From a virus: a DNA stretch of 64,000 bases. The notes under the pieces were generated by a model. That model ran no database searches. It was given only the letters and a program-made list of their open reading frames with translations, and was not told where the DNA came from. Shown here piece by piece: positions 1 through 9,549 of the stretch. The first letter of the stretch is position 1; each line of letters begins with the position of its first letter. The DNA lies in IMG/VR virus record IMGVR_UViG_3300035661_001697, positions 2,537 through 66,536 of that record; one strand, given 5' to 3'. The position numbers were made by a program, and so were the translations under genes.

Positions 1-1
1 A

Positions 2-145
2 ACTAAAGTTAGACAAGAAACTTTGGAGAAAGACAAAAAAATAAAAGAATTGGAACTGACAATTCAAGAGATTCAAAAGTTCCAAGAAAATAAACAAGCC
101 GTCTATTTAAAAGGGTCAAACCTGGACGATAAATTATACAAATAA
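2..145 (+). CDS. 3' end of coiled-coil hypothetical protein (partial)
   Basis: Open frame from window edge to TAA at 143-145 (..QENKQAVYLKGSNLDDKLYK*). Confidence 0.6.
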   Translation, partial: TKVRQETLEKDKKIKELELTIQEIQKFQENKQAVYLKGSNLDDKLYK

Positions 146-151
146 AAAAAT

Positions 152-505
152 ATGACACAATTAATATTATGGATGATTATTGCTTATGGATTAAGTAATA
201 TCGTTGTTTACGGTAGCATTTTTAATGGACCAAGAAATGCAATCAACCGATGGTCGGCAGATGAATTTATACCCTTTAATGGGTTTTGGGTCTTTATATC
301 CAATATGATTAAATGTATGATGTGTTTTGGATTTCATTGCGGATGGTTTTTATCCATTTCAATTTATTCACCAGTACACGAAATACTTGGAGTTACTCCA
401 TGGGTATCATGGTTTTTTGACGCTATGTTAGCTTCAGGTTCCGTATGGGCAATCAATGCAATAATTGAGTGGTTTGAAATGAATCGACCATCATCTAATG
501 AATAA
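152..505 (+). CDS. membrane protein (DUF1360-like)
   Basis: Hydrophobic helices with a CxxC (KCMMCFGF) motif. Confidence 0.55.
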   Translation: MTQLILWMIIAYGLSNIVVYGSIFNGPRNAINRWSADEFIPFNGFWVFISNMIKCMMCFGFHCGWFLSISIYSPVHEILGVTPWVSWFFDAMLASGSVWAINAIIEWFEMNRPSSNE

Positions 506-521
506 TTAAAAACAAAAACAA

Positions 522-692
522 ATGGGAAAAAAAGACAAAGAACACAGAAAAAAAATTCAAGAGAGAAATCAAAAAATGAAAGCGGCGGACAGTGCAATGC
601 AAAAATTATTCCAAGAGTCAATGAAAAGACAAGTTGCGGAATTAACAAAACAACGTGAGACGGAAATGTCAGGAGAAACACAAAACCAATAA
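522..692 (+). CDS. small basic hypothetical protein (56 aa)
   Basis: MGKKDKEHRKKIQERNQ..., fills the gap and its stop abuts the next ATG. Confidence 0.6.
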   Translation: MGKKDKEHRKKIQERNQKMKAADSAMQKLFQESMKRQVAELTKQRETEMSGETQNQ

Positions 693-693
693 A

Positions 694-3072
694 ATGAAAT
701 GGGATTTATTCAATCCACAACCAAAATTTAATTACAAACAAATGTCGACAAAATTAGACGTAGAATTGTTGGAGAATCCTTATATACAAGTGGTATGGGA
801 AGACACACCAGAGAACTTCACACAAGAAAGAATCAAATCTGTCAAACAATATTTTCAAAAGAAATATAATTCAACCAACACCAATGTCATAACGAAGGTT
901 AAGACCACAGATAACACACAACAAACAATTGATGTATCAGTTAACATCATGGATAAGAATTACCAAAAAGAACTTATCAAGTCAATGTTGGAGTCTAAAG
1001 GTCAAGAACAATATTATGACCAAGTGATGGGAATTGATTCTGCGGTTGAAAATAGACTGACAGCCAACGATGTTGAAGTTACCGCATTTAAGAAATGGCA
1101 TATCAAGAAAATTGAGTTTAGTAACTTCTTATCTTATGGTGAGAACCAAGTCATTGACTTTGACCAATGTAGTGGTATTACAGTTGTTGAATCAGACCCA
1201 CCAAATTTTGGAGGTAAAACGGTATTGACTGTGGACTTGTTATTGTTCTTATTCTTTAACACAACAACAAAAACACAGAAAGCTGAAGAAATCTTCAATC
1301 GATTTACCGAGAAAAACACGGTAGTTGTTAAGGGTGACATTATTATTGACGGTGAAGAGTATATCATTGCTCGTAAGATTGAAAGAAAAAAATCTAAAAT
1401 TGGTGAATGGAATGTTAAAACTGAGTTGGAGTTCTTCAAGAAATTAGATGACGGACAACTTCAGAACTTTACTGGTGAACAACGTAGAGAGACCGAAAAT
1501 TTCATGAAAACATCTATTGGTAGTATGGATGACTTCTTGATGACAATTGTAACAACGGCATCAAATCTTGAAGATTTGTTGGATGCAAAACCAACTGCTC
1601 GTGGGCAGGTGTTAAGTAGGTTTTTGGGGCTTGAGTTCTTAAAAAAGAAAGAAGAGACTGGTAAAGAAATCTATTCTGAATTCTCAAAGGGTATGTTATC
1701 CAATGTGTATAATACCGAATCTTTGAAACAAGATAATGATAGCTCAACGGAACAAATCCAAAAACTTAAAACTGAGATTGAAGAATCTGATTTAAAAATT
1801 AAAGATGTTGATTTGAGATTACAGAAAGGTCAGGATTACAAAGATAACTTGTTGAAATCAAAGTATAGTGACATAGACCAAGAACTTATTGTCTTAAACC
1901 CACTTAAATTACAATCAGACATCACAGATTTTGAAGGTTCTTGTGAAACACTTAAAGGTCAAATCAAAGAGGTTAAGATTGTGGAACCAAAAGATTTTTA
2001 TCATGAAGACAAACATGATGAGGTTAAAGAACAATATAATGAAGTTTATAAAGAGACTATTAAACTTGATACTGAAATTGAATCAATAAATAAATTAAAA
2101 TCTGAAGTAGAGGGTGGAATTAAATGTTCTCATTGTGGAATTGAGTTAATGAATGCCGCAATCACCAACACAAAAATTACAGAACTTGATGGTTTAATTA
2201 TGCAAAAAAACACAAAAACCACACTTATGCATGTTTTATCAAGCAAAGAACAAAGTTTTGTACAACTTAAAAAAGACTTTGATGAGTATGAAAGAAACAA
2301 ACTTATTAAAGAAAAATACGAGGTTCAATTGGAATCAAGTGAATTAAAATTAGGTCAAGCAAAAGACAAACTTAAACGATACAAAGAAGTTCAAGACAAG
2401 ATTAAGAAGAACAATGAGATTGATACTCAATCGGTTAAAGCCGGATTAAGAATTGATGAATTGATTAACGAAAAACGTGGATACGAAAAAGTTCAATCCA
2501 ACAATCAAAACCAAATTGAAAATTTTTATTCTCGTATTGAAAAAAACAATGGGATAATCTTAAAGATTGCCGAAGAGTTTGAACGTGAAAAGATTTACAA
2601 GATGTATGTTGAGGTATTTGGTAAGAATGGAATTACAAAGGTGATTATGAAAACCATGATGCCGTTGATTAACTCTGAACTTCAAAGACTTCTTCAGGAC
2701 TCTTGTTTCTTTAACTTGGAGATTCGTATTAACGACAAGAATGAGGTTGACTTTATCATGATTGATAACGGTACAGGGATTGAAAAACCAATGACTGCTG
2801 GTTCAGGATATGAAAAGACAATTGGAGCTCTTGCAATCCGAGCGGTATTATCAAAGGTATGTTCACTTCCAAAACCTAACATTTCGGTTTACGATGAGAC
2901 TTGGGGTAAGGTTTCTAATGAAAACTTAGAAATGGTTGGGGACTTCTTTATGAAGTTGAAGGATTACTTTGAGAAAATCTTTGTAATATCTCATAACCCG
3001 CTTATATCAAATTGGGCGGATAATATTGTTAAAATCACAAAAACCGATAATATTTCAAAAGTTTCACAATAA
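694..3072 (+). CDS. SbcC/Rad50-like (T4 gp46-like) recombination ATPase
   Basis: FSNFLSYG, Walker A NFGGKT, long coiled coil with CSHC zinc hook, signature SGYEK, Walker B VYDE, ISHN; start probably 694 or 742. Confidence 0.9.
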   Translation: MKWDLFNPQPKFNYKQMSTKLDVELLENPYIQVVWEDTPENFTQERIKSVKQYFQKKYNSTNTNVITKVKTTDNTQQTIDVSVNIMDKNYQKELIKSMLESKGQEQYYDQVMGIDSAVENRLTANDVEVTAFKKWHIKKIEFSNFLSYGENQVIDFDQCSGITVVESDPPNFGGKTVLTVDLLLFLFFNTTTKTQKAEEIFNRFTEKNTVVVKGDIIIDGEEYIIARKIERKKSKIGEWNVKTELEFFKKLDDGQLQNFTGEQRRETENFMKTSIGSMDDFLMTIVTTASNLEDLLDAKPTARGQVLSRFLGLEFLKKKEETGKEIYSEFSKGMLSNVYNTESLKQDNDSSTEQIQKLKTEIEESDLKIKDVDLRLQKGQDYKDNLLKSKYSDIDQELIVLNPLKLQSDITDFEGSCETLKGQIKEVKIVEPKDFYHEDKHDEVKEQYNEVYKETIKLDTEIESINKLKSEVEGGIKCSHCGIELMNAAITNTKITELDGLIMQKNTKTTLMHVLSSKEQSFVQLKKDFDEYERNKLIKEKYEVQLESSELKLGQAKDKLKRYKEVQDKIKKNNEIDTQSVKAGLRIDELINEKRGYEKVQSNNQNQIENFYSRIEKNNGIILKIAEEFEREKIYKMYVEVFGKNGITKVIMKTMMPLINSELQRLLQDSCFFNLEIRINDKNEVDFIMIDNGTGIEKPMTAGSGYEKTIGALAIRAVLSKVCSLPKPNISVYDETWGKVSNENLEMVGDFFMKLKDYFEKIFVISHNPLISNWADNIVKITKTDNISKVSQ

Positions 3073-3123
3073 AAATATTTTTTTATTGTTTTTTCCGTAT
3101 ATTTGTTGGATAACGATACTACC

Positions 3124-3591
3124 ATGACACTAAACCAAAACCAATTATTTAATGCACAAGAAACTTTAGAAGATTTTAAAGTGTTAGTGACCCGATACAA
3201 CCAAGTTAAAAATGATGAAACTAAGTTGAGAGCTTTTTTTGTTAGAAACAGAAATCCACTTTGGGATTTAACTGGTTGTAAATTTTATAAAACAGGATTA
3301 TTATCTGAAGGAGCTAAAAAATTAGATAAAACAGATTTGGTTGACGACCACTATATACAAAGAAGTAAAGGTCTTAAGTTTGTCTTTGCAGAACTTGAAA
3401 AAAACCCTGAAATGAGTTTGGATATGTTCATTAATATTGTTAAAAAATATTCTTCAACGGTTAAACTATCTAAAGAAGAACATTCAAAAGTCACTTCTTT
3501 TGCGAAAAAGAATCCAACTTATTTAAACTATGAAACTTATTTGGCGTGTGGAATTAAGGTTGAGGGATTATCTGATATCATTTTAAAATAA
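3124..3591 (+). CDS. hypothetical protein
   Basis: ORF behind TATATTTG (3098-3105); ATG at 3124 preferred over TTG at 3103. Confidence 0.65.
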   Translation: MTLNQNQLFNAQETLEDFKVLVTRYNQVKNDETKLRAFFVRNRNPLWDLTGCKFYKTGLLSEGAKKLDKTDLVDDHYIQRSKGLKFVFAELEKNPEMSLDMFINIVKKYSSTVKLSKEEHSKVTSFAKKNPTYLNYETYLACGIKVEGLSDIILK

Positions 3592-3594
3592 CTT

Positions 3595-4122
3595 ATGAAA
3601 GAATTATGTTTTAACAAGAAGGGAGTTAACCATAAACCCCTCCAATATTGGACAACTGATAATGATACCAAAGTCGCCATTTATCAAGGAAATCGTGGGG
3701 AGAATCCTGACCTTGATTTTATTGTAAAGTACAAAGAGAAGGGTAAAAGATTACGTACACCTTCACATACCCATTGGATTGTTGATTTGTTGGTTAAGGC
3801 GGAATATAATAAAGTTTTAGTATCATCTTATATTGAAGATTTGATTGAGTTTTATGATAATACTAAACCATTTATTACAATCGAAGAAAGAAATAACTAT
3901 GAATTAGAGATTCTTGAGTTAATGGAAGATAAATACGGAAGATTAAATGGAAGTGGATATTATAGTATTAAAACTTTAACTTCTTTGGTAGAGTTGTTCT
4001 CAAAGTGTGAAAAACAATCTACAGGGGCGTTCATGTTTAAAAATCTACTCCAATTAGTAAAAGAATACTGTGATGGTAAAAAAGATTTTTATCAAATTAT
4101 TGGATATTCTAAAAGAGTTTAA
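3595..4122 (+). CDS. hypothetical protein
   Basis: 175-aa ORF tightly packed in the operon. Confidence 0.7.
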   Translation: MKELCFNKKGVNHKPLQYWTTDNDTKVAIYQGNRGENPDLDFIVKYKEKGKRLRTPSHTHWIVDLLVKAEYNKVLVSSYIEDLIEFYDNTKPFITIEERNNYELEILELMEDKYGRLNGSGYYSIKTLTSLVELFSKCEKQSTGAFMFKNLLQLVKEYCDGKKDFYQIIGYSKRV

Positions 4123-4139
4123 AAAAAAAATAAAAAAAT

Positions 4140-4652
4140 ATGAAAAAATATTTGTTAACTGTATTCGGTGATTTTGAATCAAAAGATTGTGAAGAGATTG
4201 CTAATTGTTTAGAACCAATAGTTGATTCAACACATTTAAAATTTCAATACCGTAGTGGTGTTATTATCTTTCATTTTGCATCCGAATTTGAAATATCTGA
4301 TATTAATGATTTTTTAACATTACTATCTTACGATTTTTATAATTCGTTTATATTATTAGAAAATACTAAAGATGTTTTAGTATTCATGGAAGATGACATG
4401 AAACAACATTTATTTGACTTAGATAATGATTCAGAGTGTTCGTTTAAGATTAATATTACTCCTAATAATAGGTTTGATACTGATTATGACGATAATGAAT
4501 TTTATGACAAAGTAACAACTTTATTAAATGAAGTGAAGAAAAATTTACAAGAACCAACTTTAGACCAATTGTTGGATAAAATTAATGAACACGGAGTTAA
4601 ATTGCTTACTCCATATGAAATAGCAATATTAAATAACTATAGTAAAAAATAA
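4140..4652 (+). CDS. hypothetical protein
   Basis: 170-aa ORF with C-terminal LDQLLDKI..G...LT.YE motif, directly upstream of sigma. Confidence 0.7.
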   Translation: MKKYLLTVFGDFESKDCEEIANCLEPIVDSTHLKFQYRSGVIIFHFASEFEISDINDFLTLLSYDFYNSFILLENTKDVLVFMEDDMKQHLFDLDNDSECSFKINITPNNRFDTDYDDNEFYDKVTTLLNEVKKNLQEPTLDQLLDKINEHGVKLLTPYEIAILNNYSKK

Positions 4653-4653
4653 A

Positions 4654-5451
4654 ATGAAAGAAAAATCATCAATTCCAATTAACCAAGAAGAGATTGCAGG
4701 ATATCTTAAAGATATTAGACGAATTCGAGTTATGACTCCTGACAGAGAAAAAGAACTTGCAAAAAAAATCTTATCCCCTGATATAACAGAACAAGAAAAG
4801 AAAAAAATTCACAAAGAATTATTAGAAGGTAATCTTCGATTTGTAATTACGGTTAGTAAACAATATCAAAATCAAGGGTTAGATTTGTCTGACTTGATTG
4901 CAGAAGGAAACTACGGCCTTATGAAGGCGATTGAAAACTTTGATTGGACTAAAGGGTTAAGGTTTATCTCTTATGCTGTGTGGTGGGTTCGTCAATCTAT
5001 ATTACAATCTTTAAACGAAAATGCAAGAACCATTCGTCTTCCAGTTAATGTGGTTCAAGAGTTACATAGAGCAAAAAAAGATTTGGAATCTACAGGAGCG
5101 CCATTATCTGATAAATTTGCAACTTTACCATATACAATTAACTTAGATAATCCATTAAATGAAGATGGGGATACTTTATTGGACATATTGACTAATCCAA
5201 ACGCTGAACTTGCTGACGCAGGATTATCAACTGAGGATACTTTAAAAAAGAAACTTATTGAGATGATGGATGTTTTAGATAATCGTGAAAGAATAATTAT
5301 TGAAGATTATTTTGGATTATCAGGAAATAATAGAACATTAGAAGATATCGGGACAGATTTTGGACTTACAAAAGAAAGAGTACGTCAAATAAAAGAAAAA
5401 TCATTAAGAAAATTACGAAACGAATCGTCAACATTGTTTGATTATATATAA
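4654..5451 (+). CDS. RNA polymerase sigma-70 factor (RpoD/RpoS family, Bacteroidota type lacking region 1.1)
   Basis: NLRFV, DLIAEGNYGL, RFISYAVWWVRQSI (region 2), RTLEDIG..FGLTKERVRQI (region 4.2). Confidence 0.95.
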   Translation: MKEKSSIPINQEEIAGYLKDIRRIRVMTPDREKELAKKILSPDITEQEKKKIHKELLEGNLRFVITVSKQYQNQGLDLSDLIAEGNYGLMKAIENFDWTKGLRFISYAVWWVRQSILQSLNENARTIRLPVNVVQELHRAKKDLESTGAPLSDKFATLPYTINLDNPLNEDGDTLLDILTNPNAELADAGLSTEDTLKKKLIEMMDVLDNRERIIIEDYFGLSGNNRTLEDIGTDFGLTKERVRQIKEKSLRKLRNESSTLFDYI

Positions 5452-5515
5452 AGGGTGTATTTATAAAGTATATTAATTATATTTAGAGTAATAAAAAATA
5501 AAAAAATAAAGAATT

Positions 5516-5797
5516 ATGAAAAATTTTATACAAAAAAATTTTACAACTATTGTCTTGGTAATTACATTATTGTCCTTCTTTAAAGGATGTGGGGATGGTA
5601 GAGAACTTACTAAAATTAGAAAAGAAATTCAAATAATTAAAGATTCTACTTATACCAAACAAGAAATGAATGTAGAATTAACTATTATGGGTTTAGAATC
5701 TGAAAAAAGAATGATTCAGGCTACGGACCGAAAATTATTAGATGTTCATCGTCAAACTCAAATTGACCAGGAAATTAAAAAGTTAAAGTCAAATTAA
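5516..5797 (+). CDS. membrane-anchored or lipoprotein-like hypothetical protein
   Basis: N-terminal hydrophobic helix ending FFKGC, then coiled coil. Confidence 0.6.
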   Translation: MKNFIQKNFTTIVLVITLLSFFKGCGDGRELTKIRKEIQIIKDSTYTKQEMNVELTIMGLESEKRMIQATDRKLLDVHRQTQIDQEIKKLKSN

Positions 5798-5798
5798 A

Positions 5799-6506
5799 AT
5801 GAATTGGATACGAAAAAATTTTAAAAAACTAATTTATATTGCATTTTTGGTTCCAATTTTTGCCGTTGCAATAGTTTCAATATCTCACGTAACTAAATGG
5901 TATGGATTATCAAATCCTTTAAGTTGGGCAATATATCTATCAATTGGTGTGGAGTTTGCGGCATTATCCGCAGTTGCTGCCATATCGGCAAAGATGGGTA
6001 AAAAAGTTTATATACCATTTGGAATTGTGACTTTAATTCAGTTTATCGGTAATGTTTTTTTTGCATATCAATACATTGACGTTGATTTACAAGAGTTTAA
6101 AGATTGGGTTGAATTAGTTGACCCAGTTGTTAGTTATCTTGGTGTAGAATCAGGAGATTTAATTGGTCATAAAAGATTTTTGGCTTTATTTGGGGGAGGA
6201 ATGTTACCAATAATTTCGTTATCTTTTTTACATATGTTAGTTAAGTTTGAAGAAGAAGAAAAAATTGAAGTTAATAACACCAACGTAAATGTTGATGAAT
6301 TAAGTATTGAGGCAGGTAAAAAAGAAGCTGAAATTGAAAAAGAAAATGAAAACAAAAAATTTACACCAACACAAGAACAGTTGGAAATGATTGAAAAAAT
6401 ATTAACAGATAAATCTGAAAAACAACAAATTGAAAATATCTCACAAGAAGAATTAACGGAAGACCCTGAAATTAAAAGATTGAGTTACACAAGGAGAAAT
6501 GTTTGA
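5799..6506 (+). CDS. multi-pass membrane protein (holin candidate)
   Basis: About 4 TM segments plus an acidic tail; overlaps the amidase start. Confidence 0.55.
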   Translation: MNWIRKNFKKLIYIAFLVPIFAVAIVSISHVTKWYGLSNPLSWAIYLSIGVEFAALSAVAAISAKMGKKVYIPFGIVTLIQFIGNVFFAYQYIDVDLQEFKDWVELVDPVVSYLGVESGDLIGHKRFLALFGGGMLPIISLSFLHMLVKFEEEEKIEVNNTNVNVDELSIEAGKKEAEIEKENENKKFTPTQEQLEMIEKILTDKSEKQQIENISQEELTEDPEIKRLSYTRRNV

Positions 6507-7107
6507 TATTGAAAAATACGGAAATTTTAAAATAACAGGTAAACAAAAAAAGAAAAAACAAATAATTTTATGCCATACATCAAGGGAGATTGAGGAATAC
6601 TTAGTCTCCCTTAAATTTAGATACAATTCTAAGTATGATAAAATACCTAACTACGTAATTGCCAAAAACGGTAAAATCATTAAGTTACTTCCTGACGAAG
6701 GACACACAAATTTTTTCACAAAAGACAATATTAATCGAAACTCAATTATTGTTTGTTTAGAAAATTTAGGTTGGTTAGAAAAGAAACCATTAACTAACTA
6801 TCACATTAACTGGAAAGGAAGTATTTATAAACAGGAAGTTTATGAAAAAAAATGGAGAGATTTCTTTTTTTGGGAACCGTACTCTGAGGAACAAGTTAAA
6901 TCTGCCGCAGAATTATGTTTACATTTAACAGAAACATTCAAGATTAAAAGGAATTGTATAGGTCATAATACTAAGTTTGAAGGAACTGAACATTTTGAGG
7001 GGATTGTCTCAAAAAGTAATTTTGACGGAAAGTACACAGATTTAAATCCATCTTTTGATTTTAAAAACTTTATTAAATTAATAGAAAATGGGAAATATAC
7101 ACAATGA
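6499..7107 (+). CDS. N-acetylmuramoyl-L-alanine amidase-like (Amidase_2) protein
   Basis: IILCHT, NYVIAKNGKI, NSIIVCLE, YSEEQ, IGH pattern. Confidence 0.7.
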   Translation: MFDIEKYGNFKITGKQKKKKQIILCHTSREIEEYLVSLKFRYNSKYDKIPNYVIAKNGKIIKLLPDEGHTNFFTKDNINRNSIIVCLENLGWLEKKPLTNYHINWKGSIYKQEVYEKKWRDFFFWEPYSEEQVKSAAELCLHLTETFKIKRNCIGHNTKFEGTEHFEGIVSKSNFDGKYTDLNPSFDFKNFIKLIENGKYTQ

Positions 7108-7645
7108 TAGATATGACGAGATTAAATCGTTATTAAAAAAATCAAGAATTTTACTTGAACAAGAGACTCAAGATAATATTGGCGCGAGTATTGAAAACAG
7201 AATTTCTCAAGACCAAGAATACGAAACTGCTATTAGTGATGGCGAAGATGGAGAAACAACACCAAAAGATAAAACACAGAAGTATAGAATTTCTGGTGGT
7301 ATCTTATCATTACACGGTAAAAATAAAGATGAATTAGGTATTACCTCTGACGAAAAAATAGCGTTCCAAGAAAGTATGGACGAGTTTGTTAATGAGGTTT
7401 CTGATTTAGTTGATTTTGGAATATTAAATGTTTATCAAAACAATGTTGATTGGTCAGGTAAAATTATTGACCAAGATATTGAATTTACATTTAACATTGG
7501 AGAGGATAGTGGAATTTATATAAATGGTACTATGGTTAAGGTTGATGAAGATTTTTTGAGTATGATTAATAAATTACAACAGTTCTACCAAAAATTTAAA
7601 TCCAAGTGGGGTAAAGTTATTGCAAGTAGAAAAAAAACAAAATAA
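7088..7645 (+). CDS. hypothetical protein (possible head-associated)
   Basis: 185-aa ORF with LLEQ site after a basic N-terminus. Confidence 0.65.
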   Translation: MGNIHNDRYDEIKSLLKKSRILLEQETQDNIGASIENRISQDQEYETAISDGEDGETTPKDKTQKYRISGGILSLHGKNKDELGITSDEKIAFQESMDEFVNEVSDLVDFGILNVYQNNVDWSGKIIDQDIEFTFNIGEDSGIYINGTMVKVDEDFLSMINKLQQFYQKFKSKWGKVIASRKKTK

Positions 7646-7658
7646 TTACGAAATTAAT

Positions 7659-8024
7659 ATGATAACTACAGTTAAAAATTTTTTTGTTAAATATTATAAA
7701 ATAATTCTTGCGGGTTTATTTGGATTGTTTTTATTGTATTGGTTTATTTTTATTCTTACACCTAATAACACAATGTTGCGTGAAGACAGAAAACAAATTA
7801 AATTTTTAAATAATAAGATTGAGGAAATAAATAAAGAACAAAATAGTTTAGAACTCCAAATTATTGAACTTAATAAACAGGTCACACAAATTGAAACAAA
7901 AGTTATCAGAATAAAAAAAGATAAAATTAAAGTAGCAAAAAAATATCATGAAGAAATTAAACGTGTTGATAACTATACTGAGCTTGAACTCGATAGTTTT
8001 TTCGCAAATAGGTACAAAAAATGA
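7659..8024 (+). CDS. TM plus coiled-coil protein (i-spanin-like)
   Basis: N-terminal TM, long heptad coiled coil, overlaps next ORF. Confidence 0.5.
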   Translation: MITTVKNFFVKYYKIILAGLFGLFLLYWFIFILTPNNTMLREDRKQIKFLNNKIEEINKEQNSLELQIIELNKQVTQIETKVIRIKKDKIKVAKKYHEEIKRVDNYTELELDSFFANRYKK

Positions 8025-8361
8025 ACCAGTTAAATGTTTTCCAATAACAGTTGTAAAACAAATTGCAAAAGATTTATTGAGTGGGGACTCAGCTAAAATT
8101 CAATTAGAATTAACTGAGAAACAACTTATTGAAACCGAAAAAATTGTTGATAAGAAAGACAGTATAATTTCTATAATGAGTATTCAGGAGACAAACTATA
8201 AAACAATTATTAATAGTGAGAATGAAAAATATTCAATTTTAGGGTCACACACAAAACAACTTGAATGGGATTTAAAAAAGTTGAAAGTTAAAAATAAATT
8301 TACTTCAATAATATCCGGCACTGCCGTAATAGTATTAAGTACACTTTTAATTATAAAATAA
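7948..8361 (+). CDS. signal peptide plus coiled coil plus C-terminal TM (spanin-like partner)
   Basis: MKKLNVLITILSLNSIVFSQ signal, C-terminal hydrophobic anchor, 77-nt overlap with upstream ORF. Confidence 0.5.
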   Translation: MKKLNVLITILSLNSIVFSQIGTKNEPVKCFPITVVKQIAKDLLSGDSAKIQLELTEKQLIETEKIVDKKDSIISIMSIQETNYKTIINSENEKYSILGSHTKQLEWDLKKLKVKNKFTSIISGTAVIVLSTLLIIK

Positions 8362-8606
8362 TGGCACTTACAGTAACAGACAAAAAAGAAATTGAAACGA
8401 TGATTCGTAAGGAAATTAGAAGCTTTATGGATAATAATACTCTTAAACAATTCGAAGAAAAATTAATGGATAGAATTTCAAAAGAAATTAAAAGAGGAAC
8501 ACTTCAAGGAGATGTTAAAGATATAACATTGAGAATGTTCCGAGAATTTTATCAATTTATGTGGATGAATCGTAGTTATTGGGAACCAAGACTTAGAAAC
8601 GCATAA
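8361..8606 (+). CDS. hypothetical protein
   Basis: 81-aa ORF, TAATG coupling. Confidence 0.65.
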   Translation: MALTVTDKKEIETMIRKEIRSFMDNNTLKQFEEKLMDRISKEIKRGTLQGDVKDITLRMFREFYQFMWMNRSYWEPRLRNA

Positions 8607-8608
8607 TT

Positions 8609-9526
8609 ATGGAAACCTCATCACAAATATTTAAATCTGCAATTGATAAAGCATATAGCACTCAACCTAATGTTAAATTAAACAAAAATACTATGGGAGA
8701 CGCTTTAAAATATAAATCAAGTTTTACTGAAGAAAAAGGTGATAATTTTTCTAAAAATAATCAAAAAGAAATGGTTGACGGTATTGTTAACATTGTTAAA
8801 AAAGTTAAAGACATTAACAATCGAATGTCAATTGCTAAGGACATGATTAACAAATTTAAACGGGAAAACATTAAAACTGATTATAATAAATTTATGAAGG
8901 ATTGCGGACTTAGTGATACCAAAAAGATAGAAACAAAAGAAGTTAATGACAATCAGTATAAATATGAAACTTTCTTAGAAAAAAATAAAAAATCAAATAG
9001 TGGGATAGGTAAAAAAAAAGAAACAAAGGAAGCCACAGGTTCAGGTTCTTCAGGAGCATATTCAGGACCAGTATTTGGAGGTAATGATGAGTTTTGGCAA
9101 AGAAGTAAATCTGAAACACCTAACTTAAAAGAGAGTGTTTGTGCTATTTGTGGTATGAAAAAATGTGACTGTAAAGATAAAAAACACGGTAATGCACCAA
9201 TAAAAACAGAGACAAAAGAAGCAACCACTTCAGGTTCTGTTGGTGCATACGAAACACCTGCAATGTGGGCTAAATCAACTAATAAAAAAGATTGGGGGCC
9301 AAGTAGAAAAACCCAATACCCTGGCGGAGGTTTTGTTAAAATTAAAAATAAATGTAACAAGTTTCCATATTGTAATCAAGGAGATATTAATAATTTAACA
9401 ATTGTTAAAAATAAAACAGTTAAAGAATCAATTATAAATGTCGCTAAAAAAATGGGGATAAATCCCAATGTTGTAATAACAATTTTAGAACATGAGTACG
9501 AAACATTAAATAAAAGAATAAAATAG
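8609..9526 (+). CDS. hypothetical protein with repeated ETKEATxSGSxGAYxxP motif
   Basis: Two copies of the motif plus Cys clusters (CAICGMKKCDC; KCNKFPYC). Confidence 0.7.
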   Translation: METSSQIFKSAIDKAYSTQPNVKLNKNTMGDALKYKSSFTEEKGDNFSKNNQKEMVDGIVNIVKKVKDINNRMSIAKDMINKFKRENIKTDYNKFMKDCGLSDTKKIETKEVNDNQYKYETFLEKNKKSNSGIGKKKETKEATGSGSSGAYSGPVFGGNDEFWQRSKSETPNLKESVCAICGMKKCDCKDKKHGNAPIKTETKEATTSGSVGAYETPAMWAKSTNKKDWGPSRKTQYPGGGFVKIKNKCNKFPYCNQGDINNLTIVKNKTVKESIINVAKKMGINPNVVITILEHEYETLNKRIK

Positions 9527-9549
9527 TATATTTATATTAAAAACGTAAT

